Positions 50,201 through 64,000 of a DNA stretch of 64,000 nt are shown in pieces. The position numbers and the translations under genes were made by a program. Numbering within the stretch: the stretch's first letter is position 1; the number at the start of each line of letters is the position of its first letter. Source of the stretch: Owenia fusiformis (lineage: Eukaryota); contig CAIIXF020000001.1 in assembly GCA_903813345.2 (NCBI GenBank), forward strand, positions 22,320,001-22,384,000. The letters are read 5' to 3'. The notes beneath the pieces are model-generated. The model was not told the origin of the DNA. It was given only the letters and a program-made list of their open reading frames with translations, and did not search any database.

Positions 50201-51429
50201 ACATGAACACACATGAAGAAAGTGAAAACATAAAAGCAGATCTTCCAGAATATCGGATATGGATCCATGTATTGAATGTTTCAATTAATACCTGAACAAC
50301 AGTCAAACCCATCATTCAGGCACTAGTTTGGGTTAATTATTTTTACAACTTCCGTATCTTATATTCTAGGAAAGGTGTATACATTAGGCAGAGGAACCTA
50401 TGGGCAGTTAGGATTGGGTGAAGACGTCAAGGCAGAAATAGCAAAGCCAACTGTCAATGAAAAACTAAATAACAAGTGTGTTTGCATCGCAACTGGTTCA
50501 GCAGTGTCCTTTGCAATAGATGAACAAGGTATGCATGCTACAATTCAGTGAATATGTATCGCAAATATTTTGATCAATTTTATGTCAGCACCACAAGTGG
50601 TGTTCAGCAGTTGTTTGGTGGTGTTTGGCTGCCACTGTCTTTAACAAATGGTAGGTGGTGATATTTTGCATGTTAATGCCTTGTTATGTATATATTTTGA
50701 GCAGTCAAACCAATTAATTAGATTGAATATGTCTAGAAACTTAAAATGCAAAAATGGATATACATGTATAGTAACATACTATGTATGGTAAAAACAAGGT
50801 ATCAATCCAATTAACTTTCTCGCTATCCGTCAATAGAGCAAGATAATAGATGCATTATATTGAGACTTATTTTCGTAAAATCAATCACTGCATTATGACA
50901 GATGTAAATGTATCAGTGATGTCCTTTAAACCTTACGTTTTATATTCCAGGTATTTGTTATGGCTGGGGTATGGGAACTAGTAAACAGCTAGCTCAGACT
51001 GAAGACGATGACTGTTTTGAACCAACCATTCTACAAGGAAAGCAGCTAGAAAACAAGTAGGAGACTAAGTTTGAATTTAAGAAGCTCCAAATGATTGAAA
51101 TGACTAAACATAAAAGTTTCTCTTGTTACTGAGAGATATCTTGATGACCTTGTCCTTGACATACCCTCGTGTTTTTGAATTTACAATTAAATCAAATATA
51201 CACAAGACAATTTAGCAAAATAAAATAAATATTTTCTTTACGATAAAATCACTATTGAAATCTGTAATACTGTATATCCTGATGTGTGTTCTCAGATGTA
51301 CTCATATTGATAATTAAACTTGCCATTATATCTCTTTCCTTGGTTTAATGTTAGAAACTGTATTTCAGGAAAACTATAGCTGTATCTTCAGGAGGTCAGC
51401 ATACAGTCTTACTGGTAACAGATAAATGA
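47297..51429 (+). CDS. rcc1: Regulator of chromosome condensation 1 (Ran GEF), 10 coding exons, about 426 aa
   Basis: Phase-consistent exons: 47297-47390, 47860-48047, 48330-48512, 48815-48962, 49225-49296, 49551-49706, 50036-50149, 50370-50528, 50951-51056, 51369-51429. Motifs [49 protein letters not shown] and SGGQHT, with a basic N-terminal tail. Confidence 0.95.
47715..47812. repeat. HINE/Helentron-like short repeat family, with copies at about 47470, 50585, 53540 and 61375
   Basis: Recurrent TGTCA.CACCA.AA.TGGTG...GGCAGGTGGTGACAATTTGCATGTTAATGCCTTGTT. Confidence 0.65.
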
Positions 51430-52113
51430 TTAACATCAGTGAAACAACTTATAATTGATTGTGTCGTCCATGAACCATATTGACAATGATTGAGGAAATC
51501 TGTCTTATATGAGTTGAAAGAAACGGGAAAATTTAGATTTTCTTCGTAATGGCAGTATCCAGTCAGTTCCAATTTTTATCAATGAATCTGTTTTTGTAAA
51601 GATGTAAAGTGAAATCATGTCAATGGAAATAAAAACATTAGATATCAATTTTGGAAAAAGAAGACATGATATTTTTCAAATATATTTTTATAAAAAATGT
51701 ATGCATGTAGCCTGCTCAAATATTGTGAAAGCTTGATAAGTTTTGAACCCTGCAGCTTAATTATGTCAATCAGATTCAGTTTTGCTCAACATTAGATTAA
51801 ATTGTGAAATTATTAGTTATTTAATCAATGTTTTAATAATGTATTAATCAAACAGAAAGTCAGTTGTATTTGATGAGTATATGAATTATATTCTCTTTTC
51901 TGTAAATTGTTTTCTCAATTTGCCTGAAGAGGCTTTATCCATTCAAAGCATACTTTCAGAACACAATAGGATGTAACGATATATGTAATCACTCTGATAA
52001 TATGTAGGAGTTAAAGTCTGATCAACCATGATTGATTGTTTAGACTTTGTACTGCGAATCATAGGACAGTGTTATGGTCAATGTGAGCATACAATATACA
52101 ATATATTACAGAC

Positions 52114-52200
52114 TATCTACAAGCCCTTGTGACCCCCTCTCTTCTGTGTGAGAACTTGAGTAGTCAAGTAGAGGGGGGGGTCACTGGGTCTTGTAGATAA
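52114..52200. repeat. Palindromic mini-element
   Basis: TATCTACAAG.CC...GTGACCCCC / GGGGGTCAC.GGG.CTTGTAGATA. Confidence 0.65.
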
Positions 52201-54442
52201 ACTAAATATATTGCATATACATGTACAATATATATATCACTAATCAATCATAGTTTAGTGCTTTTGCCCTTTTTGCACATGGTGAACTATCAAAAAGCAA
52301 GAGCATTCAACTCATAATATATTGTGAGGGCGTATAACTTTGCAATAAACAAAAGTGTAACAGCATGAATGTCTGAAACCATATATTTATTACATCGGTC
52401 AGAATTTCATCGCCAAGTTATATGTGAAAAATATAATTTTTTTAATCTGAAACTATAAGATGAAAATAACTCATAAAGGGCTACTCATTTTCATATTTAC
52501 TTATTGTAACTGACATGACAATATTTCATCCATCAATAATCATTTTCCAATTTACCAACCTCGTCTTCGGGTTCTTTATTTAAAAATACCAAATTGAACC
52601 TACATTAAAGTTTTATCTATCAAATTATCAAACCATAAAACATGTTGGCCTATCCAACTAGACTTATACAGAAATGCAACTAAATATTATGTATAATTTT
52701 CAATGTCATATTGATTTTAATTCTATTTATGAACTTATGATTTCTGCAATTTTAGTGTATTTGAGTAATGATAATGTATGAAAATGATCTAACTACAAAA
52801 CTGTTAGATGCAAAATCATGAGTTTATTATGGTGATTTTAAATGTAAATACTTTTTGTTGTGCTGTATAATGTAGATTTTTATGAAATCAATAAAAAAAA
52901 CTATAGGCATAATATAACTATATAGTTTGTCCAATATTCTATGATTGTCATAATGAACGACTGTCATACACAATGCTGTTAGGAGGAGTATAGAATGCAG
53001 ACATCTAGATTGCAAAATCTCATACCCTAACATGTATGAGATTTTTTGTTTTGAGTACACAAACAAACGAAAAAAGGATTAAATCACAATCTTTGAAAGG
53101 CACCTATTTGCTAAAACTCCATTCACCTGTTTACCAGAGATAAGTTTCCTTGAATGGAAGAAAATGGGGACTCTTGACTGTTTTAGTTCCCCAGAAATTA
53201 TTATTTTTGACCAAGTAAAAGTCTCTGTTGACTGCTTTTTAAGATATTTAGCCATTAATTTATTTCTATGCTTCATTGTTTAATGGCTCTACCTTGAGAC
53301 AAGAAGACAAATGAAAATAAATCTTCTGTTCAACACTGTAAACGGCAATATGCCTGAATACATAAATGATATATTTGACAAGTATAGAAACCAATCCACA
53401 AGGGAATTGATAAACAATTTTGAGTTAAGTTCCCTGCTCGTTGCACTGAAAAGTTCCGATACTTCAGTGTTTGAAATACCACAAAACATCACAAAAGTAA
53501 CTAATAAAATGACAGACACACTGTTAAAGATTTTTTGTGTCAGCACCTGAAGTGGTGACATGTTGTTATAATCTCCCAACTTTTTTATGGATGGTGTTTG
53601 GCTGGTTCGGTGTTCAGCATGTATGAATAGTATTGAAGTTAAAAGATAATCTGTTTTCAATCGGAGCGGGAACTTCATTTATCAAAATATCTTATTATTA
53701 GGTCACTGTTTTCAAGAAAAGCATGTCATTAGAATTTATAACAAGAAAAAAGTAGTTAAAGGACATTAAACATATATTTATCTTTAGTTTGAATGGCCTT
53801 ATGTCCCCCTTATGCATGGGTCTTTATTGGCACAAATTGAGTATGACAATCCCAGAATGACGGATATTTCTGTCACAAATAAAATTCAAGAGATCAAAAT
53901 TAGATTAAAAACCTTTAAATCAATACAAAAGGCGATTTAAGTTAGTTTTCACACTGGTCCAAAAGTTTTGCCATATTAAAACTACGAACATATAGTTCAA
54001 TTTTTTGCGTTCATAAATTTACTGCAACACCGCCATATTTAGAAGGCTGACCTTGCTGTATGTTGCAGAAAGTTTTTTGCGAAGTATTATTCCTTCTTAG
54101 CTACGCACCTTCATGGATTATTTATGAATTGATGTGTGCCTTACATTAGACATTGTCCGTAGCTATCGATCGATATCTCAGTAAGTTTCTTTACTAAACG
54201 ACATAGCCTAGATTTCTGTTCCATTTTTTATTCAAACCAGAAACAAATTTTCACATGGATGATGGATGCTGCTTCCTCTGTCACATAGATTTGAATCTGA
54301 TTGGGAGTTCGGCCACCAGTCTTTTACTAGAATCATTAGTCCTTCGCCGAGCTCCCCATTCAGCATAGACCCGGGAACATGTATAAATTGAGTCGAGTCC
54401 TACAATGTAAAATGGGCTGGGGTGCAAAAATAAATCCACATG

Positions 54443-55464
54443 CTATCTATTGCAAGACTTACGCCTGCCACAACCGTCGCCATGTTAATCAGTGTTTTTT
54501 AAGTAGCGCAAGGATCCTGCCATGACCGTGGTAGTGTTATCGTGTAAGCCTGGTATAACCGTGACAGGCTGGTATAAGCGTGACAATGTTGTATTCTATT
54601 GCAAGGCCTGTCATGACCCTGGAAGTGTTATCGTGGAAGCCTGGCGCGACCGTAGCCTTTATTGTGGTTTATAACCGAATGTGAATATTAATGTATAGTA
54701 GTAATTTTGATTTTGACATGATTAAGGTAGTTAAACACCATGATCATGGTATTAAACTGTTTAATTGTAATGAGGATCATTTAAAATTGTTAAGGATATT
54801 CCTGGCATTAATGTCATACATATTTACTAGTCATTGCAATACATTATAACGGTCATAGTAGAACTAAGCCTAAATCTCTACATTACCACCCTCATACCTG
54901 GCCTTGCAATACTATATTACATTGTCACGGCCATACCAGGCTTTGCGATCCCATAATACATTGTCATGGTCATGCCAGGTTTTCAAATACACATTGTCAC
55001 GGTCAATTATAGCAATCATAAATTTCTACATCACCACTCTCATACCCGAACTTGGAATACTATATCACATTGCCATGGCGGTCATACTAAGCCTTGCAAT
55101 ACTATATTACATTGGCATGGTCATGCCAGGCTTTGCAATACACATTGTCACGGTTATAGCAGTCCTAATTGTAAATTTCTACATTACCACTCTCATACTT
55201 GAACTTGCAATACTATGTTACATTGTCACGGTCATGCCAGGCTTTGCAGTACTATATTACATTGTTACGGTCATACCAAGCCTTGCAGAACTATATTACA
55301 TTGTCACGGTCATGGCAGGCATTGCAATATAATACTGCATTGTCGCGGTTATACCAGGCTTTCACGATAACATTACCACGGTCATGGCAGGATCCTTGCG
55401 CTACTTAAAAAACACTGAATAACATGGTGACGGTTACGCCAGGCGTTAGTCTTGCAACAGATAG
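54443..55464. mobile_element. Foldback-like non-autonomous element with internal ~39-bp tandem repeats
   Basis: Inverted repeats of about 125 bp (54443-54566 vs 55341-55464). Internal array of TTGCAATACTATATTACATTGTCACGGTCATGCCAGGC units, which accounts for the spurious ORFs at 54904-55408. Confidence 0.8.
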
Positions 55465-56587
55465 GGTCTCAATAAATCTCAACCCTCAAAAGTTGTCATG
55501 AGCTAAATTCTAAGTTTCGTGTCTCAAACTCTCACAAGCGGTAGAAAAATAATTCCCATTGACTTTAAGTAGCACAATAAATGAACCCAAAGCTTCATAC
55601 CTGCAAAAGTGCAAATGATGGATAAATCCCTACCAAATCGAACGAATGTTTTCATGAATCGCCATGTTTGTGATCCAAGGAGGATTGATTCCCAGAATGC
55701 AACATCAGGTAACCTTATTTACTTGTGACAGATTTCAAAATGGTGGAACGGCATTTTGAAAGCTGACACAATCCACATTGCCGCATAATCTGGCTCCAAA
55801 ATCACCTCAACATTTGAAGAGTCGGCATTAACATGTGAATTCCACTTCAGATTTTTAAGTTCTTATTTGTCATTATGGACACCAATTCCACTAATATATC
55901 TGGACTTACTAGGATGGAGAAAATAGAGCACTGAATACACTGAGGTAAGAATTTATTACATGTGCGACAGCATGTTCCATAGCTTTTGTAATTCTTTATG
56001 GTGAGCACTGTAGTAACTACTGTAAGCTCTTCCTTACTCCTAGTCTTAGGACATGTCTAGGACTCATCTTGATTTTTTAGAGAACATAGTGGCATTCTTG
56101 GCCACAGGGCATTCCCGGACAAACCCTTGGTATCAGGTGAAGATCCGGGGCATTGTCAGATTTTTTACAATATATCACCACATCAATAACCTCATGTCAA
56201 CTTAACAGTATGTGAAAGGTCCTTTGATGCCCTTAGGTTACATTGAAGATGGCTATAATCAAGTCTTAAGAAGCCATACATGTTTATAGCATACTATGTC
56301 AATTACATGTGATCATGAATCTTCATGGAAATTTATTTTCAGATTTTTCGAGACTTCTTTCCCTGTATTTGCTACAATTTAGACTACAAATCATCACTTC
56401 TGATACAAGTTGGAGTTTTACAGAGTGCTGGTACGTTTTAACATTTGGGCTGGGCTTCTGATTCTTGACTTAACTTAAGTTGTTAAAATATGATAAAATT
56501 ATATAAATCAGTTGAGCAATGCATGTTATTGGCAAGCATTAAGAGATGATATGTTTGTATGTTCCAGGGGCCTTTTTGGCAGGGACA

Positions 56588-59500
56588 ATGGACAAGGAAA
56601 AGAAGTTAAAGGATGTAAAGTCCATGTTGCGGGCAGTGCTCATGTCCAGCAAGGAGGGAGTCGTAGCAGATCGCCTCTCACGTATTAAACTTATTCAATT
56701 TATACAATTGTTCTAAAATCATTCAAAAGCAGCCATACATGGCGTGAAATGCTCTTTTACAAGATGTTCGCGTCATCACATTGTTCATTCATTATAACAT
56801 ATAATGCTTACAAAAACTCTTTTGTATTCAGCGATGTTTTGATAAGAATTTTATTCGAAAGGTATAGATTAGTGTTTTACTATGATGTACTTTTCCTTGT
56901 AAGTTTTATTGATCTAATTTTTGAGAAAATGATTTTAAATGAAAATGAGTTCTCTAACAGGTAGCCTCTCTTGTTTACAGGAGAATACAGAGGTATCTGC
57001 ATGGAGCCATTGCCATTCAGAGAGCTTGGCTTCAAATCCTTAGATGAGTTCATCTTAGCAGTACCTGACGTAGCTAGACTTGGCAGGTAGGAAAATCATT
57101 TTGTTAAATAATCATTTAAACTCTCTGGCTTGTTTATTACATGTTTATATTGTGTTGCTCTTTGTGCACTTTGTGTTAAGTTAAAAAAAATTAAATGCAC
57201 TGAAAATATATTTTAATGGATACTTTCATTGAAATAGATGTAGATGTAGTTAGACTATGCAGGTAAAAGGAGCATTTTATTGAGCATTCATTTGAACCTA
57301 CTGGATTGTTTTATGTATTATCCTTATGATGTGTGTGTTGCCTTTTGTGCTTCCTCGTGAGGCATTTCCCATTTCTTGAATTGATATGTTCTATTGATAT
57401 CAGTGTTAAGTCATACATGTAATCAGAACTTAATAGAAAACTGATAAAATGAAAGCAAAAATTAGTTTAATATGCACGCTCACCAATCCACAGTCTGTTT
57501 TCTTATGTGTTTTGTCTGTTCTTACTTGTTTCAGGTCCAAAGATGGTCAAGTAGCTTACTTTTCTGTGGCTGATGCCTCTACCGCCCACATTCAAAAGAT
57601 GGTACAAGCCCAAAAATCTACCAAGAAAAGAGGAAAACCATTGGTATGCTTTTGCATTTGAAATGAAATCAAGATTATTTATATGTTTAACCTCTTGAAT
57701 ACCCAGAGTGACGGATATATCCGTCACAAATGAAATAAGACTGGTGCCCAGAGGGACGAGAAAATCCGTCACAAATTTTTTCACAAAAATTGCTCTAATT
57801 TGAACAATTTTCATCCAATTTACACAAAAATTATTTTAAAACGTGTAGAAATGATCTCTGCCGTCCAATTTGACTAAGCTGAGCATCTAAAGTTGTATAG
57901 GTATGTAATAAAATGTCAAAAGGTGGCAAAAAATGAAAAATTCTCTGGTTTCATGCCAATTTTAGAGCCTGGGATTCAAGAGGTTGATAAACATGAGATA
58001 CAGACTTTGATATTATTACAGTGATCTCCCCAGCATTAAAGCAATTGGGCGCAGCACCGACCTGAAAATCAATTTGCACACACTTGGAAATGAGAAAAAT
58101 CATGAAAATTTGGCATATTTTGACCAATTTTGGTCTGAATTGTGAAAATGAGAATTTTGCACCCACCTTAGAAAATATCCTTGGGAGATCACTGTATTGA
58201 ATGACAATAACTTGAAAATAGTAAATATTTTTAAAGTAATGTATTTGATTTCAACTTAATATTCAATATTATAATTATAAACTAAAGCAAAAATAAAACA
58301 TGAAGAAATGATGCATTGTTTTTTCAGAGGTCATCCAGAAGGCCGACATTCCATGGGCCGTCTCACTTCAATCGCTTTGGTCCCCGCCTTAGTCATACCC
58401 CTAGGGGACCTCCACCACAGAGACGAACATTTGAGCCAAAGCCAAAGTCATTCCCTCCTGTTTCTAAACCATTTGCAAATCAAGGTTCCAATTATGGTGG
58501 ATTAAAAGTATGTTTATTAATGATTATCATTAAAAAACTATTCTGGATAAAACTTTATTTGTCTGCCTAGAAAATTTCGATTATATAAGATGTCAGATAT
58601 AGTTAAGTTTAAAATGATAGAATTAATATGTCAAGTATTTTGTAAATCGATTATTGCATACTGATACTGACACCTTAATAACTAACATTATTCCCTGTTT
58701 GAATTTCAGTTTTTGCCAAATTTTCTGTTTTTATTTATAGTTAAGTTTAAATGATAGAATTAATATGTTAAGTATTTTGTAAATTGATTATTGCATACTG
58801 ATACTGACACCATAATAACTAACATTATTCCCTGTTTGAATTTCAGTTTTTGCTAAATTTTCTGTTTTTATTTTTATTTATTGTGTTTCTAAGTACAGCT
58901 TTAGAAGTAGAATTAAAGGAGAGTTCAGCATGTATTCGTTGGTTAAATCAAAATATTTTCAGTAGTTTGAGCCCATTTAACATACATGCTATGTGTTATC
59001 TTATGGGCATCTAGTGGCCACCCTTATAAAAAGATCAATGGAGTTCAATTTATGCAACAACCATGGATATACCATGGATACAACAATTGTAGTTACAACC
59101 ATGGTTAGATGTATGAGTGGTTGTTGAGGGTGGAAATGAACATTGATAACCACTGTATCGATTTTAAAGACACCATGTAACAATGTAAAACAACAGGCCT
59201 GCTTTTGTCAAAGGGGGAAGCACTCCTCTTAAAATTCAAACGGGCTCACATTTGACTAGAATTACCCACCCCCTGGCTACTAGCCTGAACAACTATAGTA
59301 AATAACAAATAAGCAATAGACAGGCAACATACACATAGGATGTATTCCAAAAGTGTAATCAATATAATAGAATGTCACTAAAATCATTTTTATCATAATA
59401 CATGATGTGTTGTTTTGTTTAAAGATCACCGTAACTAACAAGCATGGCTCAAATAAAGTAAGTTAATAGATATATATTCCCATTTGTATCGCATAAATTT

Positions 59501-60850
59501 TGCTTTTGTGTTGTGCGTTAATATGTTATGTTGAATGCTTAAAATTAACATACTGCATGTATATTGTTGTTGGAAGGGGTGGCAAGGTGTCAGTGCCTGC
59601 TCTCAAGCAGTGCCTTACTTTATCATAATTGTCTTAAACTATGGAATGAGTGATTTTCAGGATTTCTCAATCATTTGAAAGTATAGACCATTAGTAGACA
59701 TTTTGAATTTATAATTCAGCCATGCCTGAAATCTGTCAAAACATTTTTAGGCAACTGTTTGAGGGATTGATTTTAGATTTTCAGGAGTACTCAGTGGTAT
59801 TTAAAACTAGTCTTGATCATTTCTTTAGGTGTTTTGCTCTATTAGGGAGACTTAATTCACCCCTACACCCCCAAAATGCAATCTGATTTTCGACACCGTT
59901 TCGGTGCCAAATTTCGGTGCCGTTTCGGCACCAAATGGACTGACTAGTCCGGTAGCAAATTTTGGTGTCGAAAGGTTTCGGTGCCGGAACGGTGTCGAAA
60001 CGGTGCCGGAACGGTGCCGAATTTGTTCGATGCCGAAACGGCGTCGAATTATATTGGCTGTGTACTTGTCTTGTTAACTTACAGGGTAACCCAAAAACGA
60101 ATATCCATGAACTGATTGTTAGCTGAGCTCAAGAATACTGGTAGTATAAATATCATTTGGTGTGATGACAACACTTCTAATATTTAGATTTATCAAAGAG
60201 GTCATAAATCTTTTCAAACTTCTTTCCATTTTTGAACCAATGTGAATGTATAGATAAAAAACTTGGCAATGGAAAACAAAATGCCAGTCAATCAAAGAAC
60301 CATATTAAGTTGTAATTACACACATCGCGGACTACATATGAGTTGTTGATAAATCATCTTTCAGCTGGAATTGGTGTAAGAAAATGAGCTGCGGTTATTT
60401 GAATAAAATACAGCTTTCTTCCAACTTGGCCAAAAATTCTGCTTACTAAATTCGATGAAAAATTTCCAAAACAGGAATTACCCCCACATATCCCAGTACA
60501 CTATCTAATCAGGGCATAAATACTACCCATGTCTGTGTGCACATTAATATTAGAATAGGCTTGCTTGCAAAATGATCACAACAATGTGAATGCCTTGAAA
60601 ACTTTTTCTTTATCAATCTGTTTTTCAGTACTATCAAAGCACTGTTCCCTCTAGTTACTATGACAACCAAACTTATGACAATTATGGATTCCCTAACGAT
60701 AGTTCCTTTTACGGTGACAATTATGGATTCCCTAACGATAGTTCCTTTTACGGATACAGTCCACAATACGAACAACAAGATTGTTCTTATGGGGACAGCT
60801 ATTCTGAGTATTATCAAGCAGGTTATTACCAGGGAGCTGAAGGTTATAGT
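56588..60850 (+). CDS. tdrd7: LOTUS (OST-HTH) domain protein, TDRD7/Tapas-like; 5' part only, probably continues beyond the window
   Basis: In-phase exons 56588-56681, 56981-57086, 57535-57643, 58328-58507 and probably 60629-60850. Peptide MDKEKKLKDVKSMLRAVLMSSKEGV..RL.REYRGICMEPLPFRELGFKSLDEFILAVPDVAR...AHIQKMVQAQKS matches an extended LOTUS domain. MLRAVL resembles TDRD7 more than TDRD5, but no Tudor domain is seen. Confidence 0.8.
57691..57983. mobile_element. piggyBac-like MITE
   Basis: TTAA|CCTCTTGAATACCCAG ... CTGGGATTCAAGAGG|TTGA (TTAA site with one change). Confidence 0.7.
58019..58194. mobile_element. Tc1/mariner-type MITE
   Basis: TA|CAGTGATCTCCC ... GGGAGATCACTG|TA. Confidence 0.75.
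58598..58873. repeat. Near-perfect tandem duplication, unit about 138 bp
   Basis: TATAGTTAAGTTTAAA...TTTTCTGTTTTTATT occurs twice. Confidence 0.85.
59864..60064. repeat. GC-rich element of short CGGTGCC/GGCACC/GTCGA repeats, probable MITE
   Basis: Multiple ~11-bp direct and inverted units, with TACAC.../...GTGTA ends. Confidence 0.5.
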
Positions 60851-63779
60851 GTAAATATGGAATTCTTAATAGAACTTCATAGAATAATTTGCTCCTCTTA
60901 CTAAGGCCCATACAAATTAATTGTTATTACTTGTTTAGCAGGATTGTTAAGCAGGATATGACTAGTTTTTGTACACATATTTTACTCAAACATCCAAAAG
61001 ATGTGTCAAAATGAAGGAAAATATGAGACATTAAAATGTTAAAAGGGAAGTTTTCCGAATGACCAGCTAGACACCGCTAAACAGAAGATATTTAATTTGT
61101 GAGGGCATATTTATTTATATTTTTTATTATATTGTAAGACTAACTAACATGCATGTAGTTCATTTGCTATGTTACACACTTTCTTTAATGAAATAAATAA
61201 ACGCTTATAAAATAATTCACTACTACAGTATGTAGTGATTCGAACTCTGTTATTCTAAGCCACATATGCCACAACTTTACTCAAGAAACCGACATGATTT
61301 TTTCTGTACATGTCAAAGAAAGAGAATTCATCTCCTTTTGAAAATGCTCTGACTTATTAGACAATTTATATTTATGTCAGCACCAGAAGTGGATGGTGTT
61401 TGGCAGTCTGCATTCACTGGTCGTCATTCGGCAGTGAGTGTCTGGCAAATGGCAGGCGGTGACAATTTGCATGTTAATGCTTTGTTTAAGCTTTTATATT
61501 AACAGAAGAGAAGGTTTGTATCAAAGTGAATTGAAGATTCAGTTTGTTTTGATTTTGTTGTTATGTAGGGTTGAGTTTGAGGTTGTGTCACTTTGACTAA
61601 GCAACAATGTGCATTGAATAAAAAAGCCATGTAAAATTCAAAAGAACTACATGTATAGCTTAAAATATATTCATCTCTGACTGATTGCATGTATTTTTTT
61701 AAAGTTATACCCAATATTCCAATATAGATTTACATGTACGTACATTTTGAGACTGTGCCATTGAAAAATGAATAACCAAGAATCTAATGTATTTCAATGA
61801 AATAGTCTCAATATGACTGACCAATTGTCAGACATTGTACATTTCTTTATAACCTCTCCCAAATGTTTTGCTTCAATTTAAATCTATATGATGTACAGTC
61901 TTTCATATGAGAAATACAATTTCAGATTATTTATAATTCTATAAATGGTTGTAGGATAAATACGAGTGTAATTTAAGTGGAAATTACCAACACTTAGCTT
62001 GTATTCGTGAATGCAACTAACGCCCGTCGGCTACTAACTAACTATTTTATGGGCAACTCATTTAAATATGAATTGTACCTGCCACTATTTTATTCATATT
62101 GGTCATGAGGTTAATCTGGTAGCCGACAGGCGTTAGTTGCATTCATGAATACAAGGTTAGACATTTTAATTTTTTTGTTTGAATGCATGTTTGTGTTTGC
62201 CTTACCTTAAACTTTTAAGTGACACCGTGATGTCATTGATAAACACCTTGATGTCATTGATAAACATGTTTGTTGTTTATTAAGGCAGCAAAGGGTTTGA
62301 CAAAAAGAAATGTGACTGCAGATTCTGTAAGTTGAAAGTATCACATTGTATTGCATAACTTGGGTACTTGGTGAAAATAAAGCTTTGGCCTTGTTGTGAG
62401 CTTTGCATTCAATGCTTTCATTCTGAATCTAACAGTTTAGGGAGCCTTAATTAGCACAATTAAATTATACTTAAATCAGCTCAATATTGAAGGAATAGTT
62501 CTTAAATCAAGGTGGTAGTGGTAGATATACCTACTCACCGAATATAGTGATCATCTTTCCTTTGCTTATAGTTGGTTCAATGATGGGTTAAGTGGCGTTT
62601 GGTTCTTTCGGAGAAAAATGAACAAAAATTGATTTAGAATCAGGAAAAAATGATTGGGAATATCAACCTGAACAGGGGAAACTTTTTTGAGATCTTAATT
62701 TTGGTAAGGAAGATTGGTGCAGTGCTAGATTGAGCCAGTGGCTATGATTGGGCCCACAAATTATACAAACAAATTTTAGTGTTCTTTTTGCCTCAGGTTT
62801 GTACTCTGTTTATCTTCCTTATCCAACATAAGAACATCTGACTCATTCAATTTCACCAAGAGGATGGTCACTTAGTCCCACCTTTCTTGAAGGTGAACCA
62901 GTACATCTGATCTTCCTCTTTGGTCTTGATATCCTCCTATTGCTTATAGCCACGTCAATAATGGGTTAGGAAATTCACCAAAATATGTACTCCTAGAAAT
63001 TTCAGCACAAAGACTAATACATTTTACTAGTATAGATATTCTAAAATACTATAGGATAAGCACCATTCACAATGTGACTATCTTATAGAACTGTACATCT
63101 GGTTCCAATATTATTAAGATCACTTCTAAATTGCAACATCAAACATTACCTTAAGAATAGGAGTTCGCATTCACAATCACACCCCTGTTAAATGTTAACC
63201 TTACTCAATGGCGTAGTTGTACGCATACTCTCAATTTAGAGAAAAGTTGATTTTTGAGATTGAATTGCCACACACTTTAAAAATGGCCAATAATTCTGAT
63301 TTTCTTAGTCATATAAGTCAGAATTTCGTATTTTAAAATGCCCCAGAATGCTCCAAATGCAACCTCATTTTCAAATTCTCAAAACTTGTGGCGTACACTC
63401 ACAAAATGCCCACGCTACGCTACTGTTACTTATTCATGTACTGCTATAATTATGCCATTTGAAGATATAATTATGCCATTTCAATATATAATGATGCCAT
63501 TTTAAGATCTATTATACAGTTGATTGCTGTATATGATGCGAAAATGTTATTGAAATACATGAATTACAAAAAAGCATTACTGTAATAAAAAGAATTGACA
63601 TTTTTGGCCCATTCTGTAAATACTGTATTCTGATTCTGTGTTGAGTGGTGAACATCACATTTGGTTTAGCCAGAAAAGTAAAAACAAATTTAGATCCCCC
63701 TGCTTTGCTGCTGTATTTGCTTATATAGGCTATACTTTATTGTTTACATTTCATGTTTAAACTTTTAGTTTTGGGTTGA

Positions 63780-63925
63780 AATTCAAAATATTTGATACAC
63801 ATAGATATACCGTAGTATAATATCAGGTTCATATTTGACACACATACAGGTAGAGGTAGATTCATATTTGATACGCATAGATTCATATTTGATACACATA
63901 GATTCATATTTGATACACATACTAC
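63780..63925. repeat. Minisatellite, unit about 21 bp
   Basis: ATAGATTCATATTTGATAC(A/G)C repeated. Confidence 0.7.
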
Positions 63926-64000
63926 AGTACTAATATATCAGGTTTTGGGTATTTGATTGAGCTTCTGAAGTTCGATTAGGAAATGATTCGGAGATTTATC

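Noticed and set aside
53289-53678. 129-aa and 79-aa ORFs between RCC1 and the LOTUS gene
   Set aside because: No recognisable motifs, and they overlap a dispersed repeat.
54904-55408. Hydrophobic or His-rich ORFs, or a CRISPR-like array
   Set aside because: These arise from a ~39-bp tandem repeat with no unique spacers, inside a foldback element in eukaryotic DNA.
58960-59110. Possible extra exon of the LOTUS gene (QQPWIYHGYNN...)
   Set aside because: No acceptor/donor pair keeps phase with the neighbouring exons without a stop.

Overview
AT-rich animal genomic DNA with GT-AG introns, probably a marine spiralian invertebrate (species cannot be determined from sequence). Genes from left to right: a CHST-type Golgi carbohydrate sulfotransferase (-); a two-exon type II membrane GT-A glycosyltransferase with an unusual RNDNY-type catalytic exon (-); an intronless UGT lacking the canonical catalytic His (+); a complete 21-exon chordin (-); an intronless SF3B5 and GATC pair separated by only 131 nt (-), head-to-head with a 10-exon RCC1 (+); and the 5' part of a LOTUS-domain TDRD7-like gene (+). 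Non-coding space is dense in transposon relics. The most notable is a 3.07-kb element (2796-5865) with CACTGTG-terminated 63-bp TIRs and an exact 5-bp TSD. After two younger insertions are removed, it contains a degraded ORF resembling the RAG1/Chapaev N-terminal zinc domain, making it a candidate RAG-like (Transib-superfamily) transposon relic. All gene models were built by eye and checked for exon phase; no database searches were run.
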